Positions 1 through 9,039 are shown, numbered from the stretch's first letter. The stretch is DNA of 44,293 bases from Agathobacter sp. (GCA_963628465.1 CAVGEW010000003.1:10634-54926), one strand, 5' to 3'. Notes: generated by a model from the sequence alone, not told the origin. Made by a program: numbers and translations.

Positions 1-19
1 AATAAGTGTAAAGTAAAAT

Positions 20-62
20 AAAAGTAACTGATGAAAAGTTGTTTTTCATCAGTTACTTTTTT
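20..62. terminator. Bidirectional intrinsic terminator hairpin
   Basis: Perfect 18-bp inverted repeat AAAAGTAACTGATGAAAA (20-37) / TTTTCATCAGTTACTTTT (43-60) with a 5-nt loop. A T-run follows on the + strand and an A-run lies upstream. It sits directly 3' of the minus-strand gene ending at 67. Confidence 0.75.
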
Positions 63-66
63 ATGT

Positions 67-372
67 TTATTTTTCAATAATTTCATTGCCATTGTCATCT
101 CTTTTAGTAAAAAGTAGAGCAATATCAATTTCTAAAACTGTCGCAATTCTGTAAAGTATTGCTAAGCTAAAAGATTGATAAACTTTACTAGACTCAATAT
201 TGCTTATTAAGCTATGACTAACATCACAATATTCAGCTAATTTTTCTTGCGTAATTTTACCATAAGTACTATATTTACTGTTATTGTGCAATCTATAATA
301 CTTAATATTTTTGCTTACTAATTCATAAATATAATTGTCATCTGCTTTACTAAATTTCATATTTAACACCAC
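67..372 (-). CDS. XRE-family helix-turn-helix transcriptional regulator
   Basis: 101-aa ORF with the typical HTH_3 pattern: ITQEKLAEYCDVSHSLISNIESSK...SLAILYRIATVLEIDIALLF. It is divergent from the surface-protein operon. Confidence 0.8.
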   Translation of the reverse strand: MVLNMKFSKADDNYIYELVSKNIKYYRLHNNSKYSTYGKITQEKLAEYCDVSHSLISNIESSKVYQSFSLAILYRIATVLEIDIALLFTKRDDNGNEIIEK

Positions 373-454
373 CTATATATATTTTGTCACTAATAGCATA
401 AAATATAAATCGATGTATAATGAAACAAAATTCTATTATAAGTGTCAAAAACTA

Positions 455-484
455 TTGCATTTGTAGAAATAATTGTGTTATAAT
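455..484 (+). promoter_or_regulatory. Sigma-A-like promoter for the surface-protein genes
   Basis: TTGCAT (455-460), an 18-nt spacer, then an extended -10 TGtTATAAT (476-484). Read by eye only. Confidence 0.45.
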
Positions 485-594
485 AAATTCGAAAGAAAAA
501 TATATGTTAAATAATTTTTCTATGAAAGAGGTGATGAATATCGAATAATTATCAGTAAAATAGCAAGTAAACTATTATGAGAAGGGAGGACAAT

Positions 595-1917
595 ATGAAT
601 AAAAAGATTATAGCTCTAATAGGTGCAATTATTGTTATTTTATGCGTAGTTGTGCTATTTGTAGTTGGAAAAAACGGGAAATATGAAGTTAAATTCAATT
701 CAAATGGTGGAACTATTGTCGAAGTACAAAAAATTAAAAAAGGACAAACTGCAACAAAACCAGTTGATCCGACAAAAGATGGATATGTATTCGATAATTG
801 GTATTTAAATGATGCAGTATATGACTTTAGTTCAAAGGTTACAAAAAACATAACTCTTGAAGCTAAGTGGATTAACGAAAGTGCGGATGCATATACTGTT
901 ACATTTGATACAAATGGTGGAAGTGAAATTTCATCTGTAAAAGTAACTGAAGGGAATAAAGTTACTAAACCAACAAGTCCTACAAAAGAAGGATATAAAT
1001 TTGTTGAGTGGTTACTAAATGGTAAAGCTTATGATTTTACTAAAGAAGTAACTGAAGATATAACTCTTGTTGCTAGTTGGGAAAAAACTGATAGTTCAGA
1101 GACTGTTAGTGTTACAAGCGTTACTGTAAGTAAAACAACATTAAGTTTAAATGTTGGTAGTACAAGTACATTAACTGTTACAATTAAACCAACTGATGCA
1201 ACAAATAAAACAGCTACTTGGAAAACAAGTAATGCAAAAGTAGCAACAGTTTCAAATGGAAAGGTTACTGCGGTAGGTGCTGGTACTGCAACAATTACAG
1301 TTACAGTAGATGGAAAATCTGCAACAACTAAAGTTACAGTAACTAAAGTAGAAACAAAACCAACAGAAACAAAACCAACAGAAACAAAACCAACAGAAAC
1401 AAAACCAACAGAAACAAAACCAACAGAAACAAAACCAACAGAAACAAAACCAACAGAAACAAAACCAACTGAAGTAAAAGTTACAAGTGTAACTTTAAGT
1501 AAAACATCTCTAGACTTAAAAGTTGGTGCAACATCAAGTTTAACTGCTACAATTAATCCAAGCAACGCAACAAATAAAACAGCTACTTGGAAATCAAATA
1601 ATACTAATGTAGCAACTGTTGATTCAAACGGAAAAGTAACTGCAGTAGGTGCTGGAGAAGCAACAATTACTGTTACTGTAGATGGTAAAACAGCAACAGC
1701 AAAAGTTACAGTAACTAAAAATGTTACTTACAACGTAGAAATGGTTGATGTAGGAGATGCTGGACAAGTTATACTTTATATTAAAAGTTCGGAAGGAAAC
1801 CGTGTTTCTGGAAAAATCAAAATTGTTACAATTGCTAACAAAGAAGGGACAGTTAACACTGGCACAGTTTTAGTGAAGAAAAATATTAAGTCAGCAACTG
1901 TTCTAAGTGTAGATTAA
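595..1917 (+). CDS. Membrane-anchored surface protein with 2 Listeria-Bacteroides (Flg_new) repeats, 2 Big_2 Ig-like domains and a TKPTE linker
   Basis: The ORF track starts at 577, but the ATG at 595 lies 5 nt after GGGAGG (584-589). There is an N-terminal TM/signal anchor (IIALIGAIIVILCVVVLFVV). Two Flg_new-type repeats are present (YEVKFNSNGG...GYVFDNWYLND..YDF and YTVTFDTNGG...GYKFVEWLLNGKAYDF). Two Big_2-like units are present (VTSVT.SKT.L.L.VG.T..LT.TI.P..ATNKTATWK..N..VATV...GKVTAVGAG.ATITVTVDGK.AT.KVTV). Confidence 0.85.
   Translation: MNKKIIALIGAIIVILCVVVLFVVGKNGKYEVKFNSNGGTIVEVQKIKKGQTATKPVDPTKDGYVFDNWYLNDAVYDFSSKVTKNITLEAKWINESADAYTVTFDTNGGSEISSVKVTEGNKVTKPTSPTKEGYKFVEWLLNGKAYDFTKEVTEDITLVASWEKTDSSETVSVTSVTVSKTTLSLNVGSTSTLTVTIKPTDATNKTATWKTSNAKVATVSNGKVTAVGAGTATITVTVDGKSATTKVTVTKVETKPTETKPTETKPTETKPTETKPTETKPTETKPTETKPTEVKVTSVTLSKTSLDLKVGATSSLTATINPSNATNKTATWKSNNTNVATVDSNGKVTAVGAGEATITVTVDGKTATAKVTVTKNVTYNVEMVDVGDAGQVILYIKSSEGNRVSGKIKIVTIANKEGTVNTGTVLVKKNIKSATVLSVD
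1351..1470 (+). repeat. 8 x 15-nt in-frame tandem repeat encoding (ETKPT)8
   Basis: GAAACAAAACCAACA occurs head to tail 8 times. Seven copies are identical and the last has one synonymous change (..CCAACT). The repeat lies between the two Big_2 domains. Confidence 0.95.
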
Positions 1918-1934
1918 AGAAAGGGAAGTTAGAA

Positions 1935-4922
1935 ATGAATAGAAAAGTTAGAAAAACATTTATAGGTGCATTTCTTGCTACTAGTTTATTTATGGGAGTT
2001 AACAGTGTTAGTGCTGTAACTATTAAAGAAACTATAGATGCAGAAAATGAAACTTTAGATAAAATTGCTGATAATACAACAATTATTGGTGCTACAAAAT
2101 TTGAACCAAATGTAGTTTTAACAGCAATGCGTATAGCAAAGGCTGCAACAAATGATGTATATTTAAATCTTGATAATCCAGATTATAATGGCGTAAAAAT
2201 TTATAACTATTTATTTGGTGATTGGTACGTATTAGATGAAGATAATAATACAAGAGTACTAGGACAAGACGAAGAATATCAAAAAGAAGATGAAATAACT
2301 CTTAACAAATTGAAAGAACAAGCAATTTACTATGTAAATAATGAAGAAAAAGTTTTAGACATTGAATATAGTAAAGACTTAGATGCAGGATATACTCTAG
2401 AATTTAGAGATGGCGATAAAAAATTAGATTTAGAATATACTGAAGATGGTATAATTAAAGTTCCAGCAACAGTTCAAAATGTTGAAATATATGCTGTAAA
2501 GAAAAATGGTGAAGAAACGGTTGAAACTAAATTAGATGAGTTCTCAAAAACATCAATGGATGCATCAGAATTTAAAACAATATCTTCTTTAGGCTCAATT
2601 ACTTATGGCGATGTAACTGCTAGTAATATTACAATTGATAAAATTGAATGGACTCAAGCAAAAGGTGAAAGTGCTTCAGGATATTATGCAACAGTTACAA
2701 TAAATGTACCAGAAGTTTATAAAAATGATTATAGTGGTGCAACATATTATATTGATGATAATGAAAAAGAACCTGTTAAATTAACAGAAGAAGCTTTATC
2801 TCAAAAATTAACATTTGATAAAGATCACGATAGCCATAAAATTACTGTTATATGGGCTGAAGGTAATACACAAGTATTTACAGTGAAAGTAGAAGAATTT
2901 GGTGCTGCTTTTGGTGGTACAATTAGTTATGGCAAAGATTCTAGTACTAGTGAATTAAATATTGGTACAGTTGAATGGTCTAATTCAAGTGAAACTATAG
3001 CAAATGGTACAGCTGGTTACTATGCAACAGTTACAATTAAAACTGAAGATTATATAGGAGCAAACCTTAATCAAGATACAAATGCAACATATTATATTGA
3101 TGAACTTGCTCAAGGGGTGCGTGCTACACAAATAACTGATGTTGAAACAGTTATTAATTTAAAATTTGATGCAAAAAATCTAAGTCACACAATAACTGTT
3201 GAATGGGAAAAAGGAAATATCCAAGTATTTAAAGTAACAGCTAATGGGTTAGCTACAATTCCAGCTGGCACAATAGCTAAAGATGAAGATACGTTAACTA
3301 AAAACTTTACATTTGATAGTAAAACTAATACAGCTACAATTAGTGGAGACATTAAATGGTATCAAACAGGGGAAACAGCTGATTATGGTTCCAAAACTGC
3401 TGAAGCTGGTAACTTTAAATCAGTTATAATTACAGCACCTGATGAATTTAGTAAATATACAAATGTTAGTGTTGTAGTTGATGAAAATCCTACTCCAATT
3501 GCTTGGAATGTTTCTGAAAACGGAAAAAATATTAATTTAGAACTAAACTTTACAAATAAAACATCTCATACAATTAAAGTTACTTGGGAAGAAGGAAATA
3601 TCCAAGAATTTATTGTTAAGCTTGATGAAAATGCAGTATTAGAAAAAGCTATCGCTGGTACAATAACTTATAATGAAACAACTGATGCAAGTAAAATAAC
3701 TATTGATGAAGTTAAATGGTATAATTCAAGTGAAACTATAGCAAAGGGTACAGCTGGTAACTATGCAACTGTTACAATTAATGTACCAACAGAATATCAA
3801 GTAAGTAAAGGTTCTGCTACAATTGAAAAAACACTAACGTTTGCAAAAGCTGAAAGTAAAACTATATCTATTGAATGGGAAAAAGGAAATATACAAGTTT
3901 TTACAGTTGAAGCCAAAAGCTTAGAAGCTGCTCCAGCTGGTACAATTGCTACTGAAGATTTAACTTTAGCAAATGGAAAACTAAGTGGAACAGTTAAATA
4001 TGTCAAAGACAGAGGTAATGTAATTTCTTATGTTATTACAGCACCAGATGCATACACAGATGATGATAGTTCTGCAGAAGCAACAATAACAATTACTAGC
4101 TATGGTAAAGATGAAACAGTAACAAATCTAAAAGATAAAGAATCAGTTACATTTAATAGTAGTAACAAAACATATGGATTTACACGTATTGTAAATGACA
4201 ACTTTGCTTATGATGAAATTACAATTGTATGGGAAAATGGAAATACTCAAGTTATAAAAGTTGTTGCTGATAACTTAAAACTTGAAGCAAAACCAAACTA
4301 TATAAAAACTCTTGAAATAGATGAAACAACTAATGCAATAATTGTTGGAAATGACTTACAACTTAGTGTTACAAAAACAGCTGAAGATGATTCAAAAGAT
4401 ATTACTAAACCAGAAGTTGAATGGACTTCAAGCGATAAAAATGTTGCAACAGTTGATGCAGAAGGCAAAGTTACTGCTGTTGGATTTGGTAGTGCTACAA
4501 TAACTGTTTCAGCAAAAGATGGTTCTGGTGTTACAGATACTTTTGAAATTACTGTAAAATATGCTCCAATTGTTGATAATACTACATGTTATAAACAAGG
4601 TGTAGATAATAAAAAAATTGTAACTATTAATTTTGCTGCTGAAGGTGGCGCTGATAAGAATAATTTTGTAACAAATGAAGATAAAGCATTTACTTATACT
4701 TACACAATTGAAAAGGATGGAGTAACAGTATCAGATCCTGATTTAGCTACTTTAGCTAGTTATAAAGATAATGTATTAACATTAACTGTTACTGATGATG
4801 CTAAATATGAAGTTAAATATAGTATTTCACAAGTAGTAACTTATGCTGATTCTCAAACTACTACAGTAGAACTAAAGGGTTTATCTAAAGTTGTTTTAGA
4901 AAGAAAAGTAGGAATGGAGTAG
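1935..4922 (+). CDS. Large secreted surface protein (995 aa) with five ~100-125-aa repeat modules plus one Big_2 domain
   Basis: Signal peptide MNRKVRKTFIGAFLATSLFMGVNSVSA. Module ends recur: HKITVIWAEGNTQVFTVKV, HTITVEWEKGNIQVFKVTA, HTIKVTWEEGNIQEFIVKL, KTISIEWEKGNIQVFTVEA and DEITIVWENGNTQVIKVVA. GYYATVTI-type motifs also recur. A Big_2-like unit is present (EVEWTSSDKNVATVDAEGKVTAVGFGSATITVSA). I saw no LPXTG or other anchor. Confidence 0.8.
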   Translation: MNRKVRKTFIGAFLATSLFMGVNSVSAVTIKETIDAENETLDKIADNTTIIGATKFEPNVVLTAMRIAKAATNDVYLNLDNPDYNGVKIYNYLFGDWYVLDEDNNTRVLGQDEEYQKEDEITLNKLKEQAIYYVNNEEKVLDIEYSKDLDAGYTLEFRDGDKKLDLEYTEDGIIKVPATVQNVEIYAVKKNGEETVETKLDEFSKTSMDASEFKTISSLGSITYGDVTASNITIDKIEWTQAKGESASGYYATVTINVPEVYKNDYSGATYYIDDNEKEPVKLTEEALSQKLTFDKDHDSHKITVIWAEGNTQVFTVKVEEFGAAFGGTISYGKDSSTSELNIGTVEWSNSSETIANGTAGYYATVTIKTEDYIGANLNQDTNATYYIDELAQGVRATQITDVETVINLKFDAKNLSHTITVEWEKGNIQVFKVTANGLATIPAGTIAKDEDTLTKNFTFDSKTNTATISGDIKWYQTGETADYGSKTAEAGNFKSVIITAPDEFSKYTNVSVVVDENPTPIAWNVSENGKNINLELNFTNKTSHTIKVTWEEGNIQEFIVKLDENAVLEKAIAGTITYNETTDASKITIDEVKWYNSSETIAKGTAGNYATVTINVPTEYQVSKGSATIEKTLTFAKAESKTISIEWEKGNIQVFTVEAKSLEAAPAGTIATEDLTLANGKLSGTVKYVKDRGNVISYVITAPDAYTDDDSSAEATITITSYGKDETVTNLKDKESVTFNSSNKTYGFTRIVNDNFAYDEITIVWENGNTQVIKVVADNLKLEAKPNYIKTLEIDETTNAIIVGNDLQLSVTKTAEDDSKDITKPEVEWTSSDKNVATVDAEGKVTAVGFGSATITVSAKDGSGVTDTFEITVKYAPIVDNTTCYKQGVDNKKIVTINFAAEGGADKNNFVTNEDKAFTYTYTIEKDGVTVSDPDLATLASYKDNVLTLTVTDDAKYEVKYSISQVVTYADSQTTTVELKGLSKVVLERKVGME
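2570..4270 (+). repeat. Array of five divergent intragenic repeat modules (protein level, partly visible at DNA level)
   Basis: Anchor motif W(E/A)(E/K/N)GN(I/T)Q(V/E)F at about nt 2834-2890, 3186-3242, 3567-3623, 3858-3914 and 4211-4267. Related DNA strings recur, e.g. gaatgggaaaaaggaaatatccaagtattt and gaatgggaaaaaggaaatatacaagttttt. Confidence 0.7.
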
Positions 4923-5020
4923 TCAATTATTTTAAGTAAACTTTTATAAAGAATAGGGAAGTATGAAATAATACTTTCTTATTTTGTAAAATTAAAAAAT
5001 GAATTTTTAGCAAAAAAAAT

Positions 5021-5057
5021 AAAACTATTAGTGAAAAATTATCACTAATAGTTTTTT
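5021..5057. terminator. Bidirectional intrinsic terminator between convergent genes
   Basis: 14-bp perfect stem AAAACTATTAGTGA (5021-5034) / TCACTAATAGTTTT (5042-5055) followed by a T-run. It abuts the stop of the minus-strand gene at 5058. Confidence 0.8.
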
Positions 5058-5795
5058 CTATCTGAGTAATTTAAGTGCTAGTAACATGCCTGTTGCAACT
5101 GCGGATGTAATTATTAATATAAGACTTGTAAAGCCTGCCATTGAGAACTTATCCTTTTTATTTAGTTTATTTAAGTATTCAAGGTTTTTGTCAAATTCAC
5201 TATAACCACTAAATCCGGGCTTTGTCCTTGTTAAAGTCATTTGTTTTTCTAATGTTTGATTTTGGCTTTGGTTTTGATTCATGCTAGTCATTATGTTATC
5301 ATAAGCATTTGCAAGCATCTGATATGAATTATAAACACTTGGATTAGCCAGTTTCTTAGCTTCTTCAATAATTTTCTTTGCTCCCATAAAATCTTCTATA
5401 AAGGCTCTTACGCTATCATTTTGAAGATTTTTGTCAAAAAATTGAGCATTCCTAGCATATATATTTAATTTTTCGATATATTGTTCAACATATCTTTTAA
5501 TAAATTCTTCTTCATCTTCAGTAATAACAATCTGATTAGCATATGCTTCTATTTGGGCATTTCTATTTCCTGTTTGATAAAATCCATTTCTTAAATAGGT
5601 AAAAATATCCTCAGGATTTAAATTAAAAAATACCGGGTCTATTCTACTTAAACCATATCCATTTAGTTTAATATAATTGCCTTCATAAACTAAAGCATCA
5701 TTTAAAGCATCATATGAAAATCCTGCTAAATTGGGATATGTTTTTTGATAATTCTTTAAAATCAATTCATTATAATTAATACTACTTTCTGCCAT
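5058..5795 (-). CDS. Hypothetical protein with C-terminal transmembrane anchor
   Basis: 245-aa ORF with a C-terminal hydrophobic segment (FTSLILIITSAVATGMLLALKLL). No recognisable family motif. Confidence 0.6.
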   Translation of the reverse strand: MAESSINYNELILKNYQKTYPNLAGFSYDALNDALVYEGNYIKLNGYGLSRIDPVFFNLNPEDIFTYLRNGFYQTGNRNAQIEAYANQIVITEDEEEFIKRYVEQYIEKLNIYARNAQFFDKNLQNDSVRAFIEDFMGAKKIIEEAKKLANPSVYNSYQMLANAYDNIMTSMNQNQSQNQTLEKQMTLTRTKPGFSGYSEFDKNLEYLNKLNKKDKFSMAGFTSLILIITSAVATGMLLALKLLR

Positions 5796-5932
5796 ATTAA
5801 ATCAGCACTCCATCCTATTAATAAGTTTATCAAATATTCAAAAGAATTACAATATGTAATTCTTAATAAATTTTTAATTTGGACTTATTTTTATTAAAAA
5901 ATAATCTTTTTTTAACTAAATTTTATTATTTT

Positions 5933-5949
5933 TAACTAAAATTTAGTTA
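5933..5949. promoter_or_regulatory. Palindromic candidate operator upstream of the ssb paralogue
   Basis: TAACTAAA-A-TTTAGTTA is a perfect 8+8 palindrome. An extra half-site TAACTAAA lies at 5913-5920 within a duplicated TTTTTAACTAAA string. Confidence 0.3.
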
Positions 5950-6010
5950 TTTTATGATTTTAAAAAATCCATTTATTATAGTAAAGTGATTTTGAAAGGA
6001 GGAAAACCTT

Positions 6011-6385
6011 ATGAATCATGTTATTATTGTTGGAAGATTAGCTCAGGATCCGGTTTTTGAATGCACAGAAACTGGTAAGAAAAGAACTGTCATAAATGTA
6101 GCGGTTCCTAGAGGATATAAAAATTCTGAAGGTAGGTATGAAACTGACTTTATTAGATGCGTTCTTTGGAATGGTTTAGCTAGTGCTACGAAAGATTTTT
6201 GTCGTGTCGGCGATATCGTGGGTATAAAGGGTCGTATTCAAAATAAAAGCTATGTAAATGCAGATAATGAAACTAAGTATATTACTGAAGTTATATCTGA
6301 AAGAATATCTTTTATATCTTCACTAAATAAAAATGATGAAGTCGTAGATTTACAAAAGGAAACAAATGAAACAGCTGAAATCTAA
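6011..6385 (+). CDS. ssb: Single-stranded DNA-binding protein paralogue (OB fold, no acidic C-terminal tip)
   Basis: MNHVIIVGRLAQDPVF...DFIRCVLWNGLA...VGDIVGIKGRIQNKSY...KYITEVISERISFI aligns with the bacterial SSB OB fold. GGAGG lies upstream. The C-terminus ends ETNETAEI rather than the D-D-D-(I/L)-P-F type tip. Confidence 0.8.
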   Translation: MNHVIIVGRLAQDPVFECTETGKKRTVINVAVPRGYKNSEGRYETDFIRCVLWNGLASATKDFCRVGDIVGIKGRIQNKSYVNADNETKYITEVISERISFISSLNKNDEVVDLQKETNETAEI

Positions 6386-6420
6386 CATCATCTTACACTT
6401 ATAACATATACTTAATTAAG

Positions 6421-7203
6421 GTGATTTTTAAAGTGAAATATTTTCGTTATATAGGTATATTAGCTATTTGTGCCTTTAGTTTTATTTACACAGAGAAAAT
6501 AGCTAATCTAACTTTGGAAAATAGTGAAATTTATCAAGAAATTAAAAGGGTAGCGAATGACTATAACGAAGCATTTGTTAATGCCGAGGTAAATGATGAT
6601 TATATAATTCCTGGTTTAAACGGAAAGAAAGTTAATGTTAAAAATAGTTTTTATAATATGAAAGATATTAATACTTTTAATTCTTATTATTTGATATATG
6701 ATACATCATATCCAGAAGTAACACTAGAAAATAATAAAGATAAAATTGTAAATAGGGGTAATAGTTATAAAAAAAGTATTTCTTTTATATTAGAGTATAA
6801 CAAAGAAATAATAAATTATTTTAATGAAAATAATATAAAGGCGAGTGTTTTGGTTGATTTAAATAGCTATAATAAAAATGAAAAATTAGAACAAATTAAT
6901 AATGAAATTGATAACTATAATGATTTAGAGGTCCTTATTAATAAGTATAGTACTAATACTAATATTTGCTATGTTACAAGTAAGAATGAAAAGTTGTGCC
7001 GAAAAAAAGAAAAGTATCTAGTAAAAACTGATAAGATATTAACTAATAATACGGTTATTTCACTTAAAAATAATGTTGAATCTGGCGATATATATTATGT
7101 TAGTAAGAATGCTGATGTAAGTAATATTAAGATTTTGATTAATAGTATTATTTACAAAGATTTAGACATTATTTCGTTAAGTAAGATGTTAAGCGAAGAC
7201 TGA
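6421..7203 (+). CDS. Hypothetical membrane-anchored protein (possibly a degenerate polysaccharide-deacetylase-like fold)
   Basis: N-terminal TM (YIGILAICAFSFIY). The start may be the GTG at 6433, 8 nt after AAGGTGA. The weak resemblance ISFILEYNKEIINYFNENNIKASVLV to the deacetylase TFDDG..L..L....V.ATFF region lacks the catalytic Asp pair. Confidence 0.5.
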   Translation: MIFKVKYFRYIGILAICAFSFIYTEKIANLTLENSEIYQEIKRVANDYNEAFVNAEVNDDYIIPGLNGKKVNVKNSFYNMKDINTFNSYYLIYDTSYPEVTLENNKDKIVNRGNSYKKSISFILEYNKEIINYFNENNIKASVLVDLNSYNKNEKLEQINNEIDNYNDLEVLINKYSTNTNICYVTSKNEKLCRKKEKYLVKTDKILTNNTVISLKNNVESGDIYYVSKNADVSNIKILINSIIYKDLDIISLSKMLSED

Positions 7204-7233
7204 GCAGGTTTGATATGTCTAACTTGCTTTTTT
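7203..7233 (+). terminator. Intrinsic terminator
   Basis: Stem AGCAGGTT / AACTTGCT (one G-U pair) with a 10-nt loop, followed by TTTTTT. Confidence 0.5.
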
Positions 7234-7288
7234 ATGGCTGAGTAGTAACCACTGATATGGATAATATTAGTGTTGGCGAAGAAAATAA

Positions 7289-7317
7289 TTGATTTAAAGT
7301 AAGTTTTTTGGTATAAT
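7289..7317 (+). promoter_or_regulatory. Sigma-A-like promoter of the RNase J gene
   Basis: TTGATT (7289-7294), a 17-nt spacer, then an extended -10 TGgTATAAT (7309-7317). Confidence 0.5.
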
Positions 7318-7363
7318 TTATTTACCGAAGAACTTATTTTTTGAAAAATGAAGGTGATAATAT

Positions 7364-8998
7364 ATGAGTAAAATAAAGATTTTTGGTTTGGGAGGACTTT
7401 CCGAAAGTGGAAAAAATTCCTATGTTGTTGAAGTAGATGATGAAATATTCGTTTTTGATGCTGGTATTAAGTTTGCTAGCGGAAACCTATTAGGTATTGA
7501 TTACATTATGCCTGATTTTAGTTATCTTGTTAAGAATAAAAAAAGAATTAAGGGTTTATTTATAACTCATGGACACCCTGAAAATATGGGGGCGGTTTAT
7601 GATTTACTTAAAGATATTCATACTTTAAAGGTTTATGCAACAAAATATACTAAATTTGAGCTGATGGAAGATGGAGTTAAAGAAGCGAATATTGAACTTA
7701 TTAAGCCTCATAAGAAAATTAATTTTGGTAATGTTTCTATATTTCCAATTTCTGTATCCCATTCTGTGCCTGATGCAGTAATGTATGTTATAAATACTAA
7801 AGATGGAGCTATTTGTTATACTGGTGATTTTATTATTGACCCAAGTATGCAAGGGGTTTATGATATGGATTTAGGTAAAATAGCTTACATAGGTAAACAA
7901 GGGGTTTTATGCCTTTTGTGTGAATCATCTTTCGCAGAAAAGAGTGGACATACTTCACCAAAACATAGACTTGTTAGTTTCTTTGAAGATGTAATTAACC
8001 ATCATGACAAAAGATTAATATTTTCTGTTTTACCTACGCATTTGTATACAATCTCCGAAATATTTGAAGCTGCGGCTAATTCACATCGCAAAATAATCCT
8101 TATGGGAAAAAGATTACAAAACGTTCTTAATTTTGCTACTAGCGAAGGCTATATAAAGTACAATGAAGAATTACTTGGAGATTTATCAAATATTGAAGAT
8201 GAAGATTCAATATTGCTTGTCATGGATGATAGAACAACGCCATATGCAAACATGAATAAGATATTAAATGGCTATGATAAGTTTATTACCTTAAGACCTA
8301 CGGATACGGTAGTTTTTGCTGAACCTAGATATGATTCAACAGAAAAAGTTTTGGTAAGACTTCAAAATGAATTAGCAAAATTTGGTTGTGATATTGTAAC
8401 AATAGACAAAGACAAAGAAATATTACATCATGCATCTCGGGAAGATTTAATGCTTATGATAAAGTTAATTAACCCTAAGTTTTATATGCCTGTGAAGGGT
8501 GAATATAGATACATGGTAAATAATGCTAATCTAGCAAGTCATTTAGGTATTTTAGATAGTAATATTTTACTTAAACAAAATGGTGACGTTGTAACTTTTG
8601 AAAATGGTAAGTTATTAGATAATTTTGCTAAAGTTAAAGTAGATGATGTCTTGATAGATGGTACAAGCAATGATGATATTGGGGGTCTTGTTATCAAAGA
8701 TAGAGAAATGCTTTCTGAAAATGGTATAGTTTTAATTAGTGCAACAGTAGATAAAAAAGATAAAGTACTTTTAGTTGGACCTGAAGTTACTACTAGAGGA
8801 TTCATTTATGTTAAAGATTCTGCAGATATGATTAAAGAAATAAAAAGTATTTGTGAGGATATTATAAATAGAAATATAACCCCTAAATTTATAGATTTTA
8901 ATCAAATAAAAATCGAAATAAGAGAAGAATTAAGTCGATACTTATATGAACAAACAGAATGTAAACCAATGATTATTGCCGTTGTTCAAGAGGTATAA
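7364..8998 (+). CDS. rnj: Ribonuclease J family protein (metallo-beta-lactamase/beta-CASP) with degenerate metal-binding motifs
   Basis: 544 aa with the RNase J layout: IFGLGGLSE.GKN.YVVE, GLFITHGHPENMG (canonical HGHEDHIG), SHSVPDA, YTGDF, HHASREDL and MPVKGEYRY (canonical HGEYR). Confidence 0.8.
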   Translation: MSKIKIFGLGGLSESGKNSYVVEVDDEIFVFDAGIKFASGNLLGIDYIMPDFSYLVKNKKRIKGLFITHGHPENMGAVYDLLKDIHTLKVYATKYTKFELMEDGVKEANIELIKPHKKINFGNVSIFPISVSHSVPDAVMYVINTKDGAICYTGDFIIDPSMQGVYDMDLGKIAYIGKQGVLCLLCESSFAEKSGHTSPKHRLVSFFEDVINHHDKRLIFSVLPTHLYTISEIFEAAANSHRKIILMGKRLQNVLNFATSEGYIKYNEELLGDLSNIEDEDSILLVMDDRTTPYANMNKILNGYDKFITLRPTDTVVFAEPRYDSTEKVLVRLQNELAKFGCDIVTIDKDKEILHHASREDLMLMIKLINPKFYMPVKGEYRYMVNNANLASHLGILDSNILLKQNGDVVTFENGKLLDNFAKVKVDDVLIDGTSNDDIGGLVIKDREMLSENGIVLISATVDKKDKVLLVGPEVTTRGFIYVKDSADMIKEIKSICEDIINRNITPKFIDFNQIKIEIREELSRYLYEQTECKPMIIAVVQEV

Positions 8999-9004
8999 TT
9001 TTAA

Positions 9005-9037
9005 AAAAATCACTCATACTATAAATGGGTGATTTTT
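9005..9037 (+). terminator. Intrinsic terminator/attenuator after rnj
   Basis: 13-bp stem AAAAATCACTCAT / ATGGGTGATTTTT (one G-U pair) with a 7-nt loop. It ends 3 nt before the next start codon. Confidence 0.55.
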
Positions 9038-9039
9038 AA

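Noticed and set aside
1351-1470. Possible CRISPR array
   Set aside because: The units are 15 nt, directly abutting with no spacers, in frame within a coding sequence, and no cas genes are present. It is a coding tandem repeat.
1029-1565. 178-aa minus-strand ORF with a (GFVSV)n repeat
   Set aside because: It is the antisense reading of the (ETKPT)8 tandem repeat and Big_2 coding DNA. It has no RBS and is fully embedded in a well-supported + strand gene.
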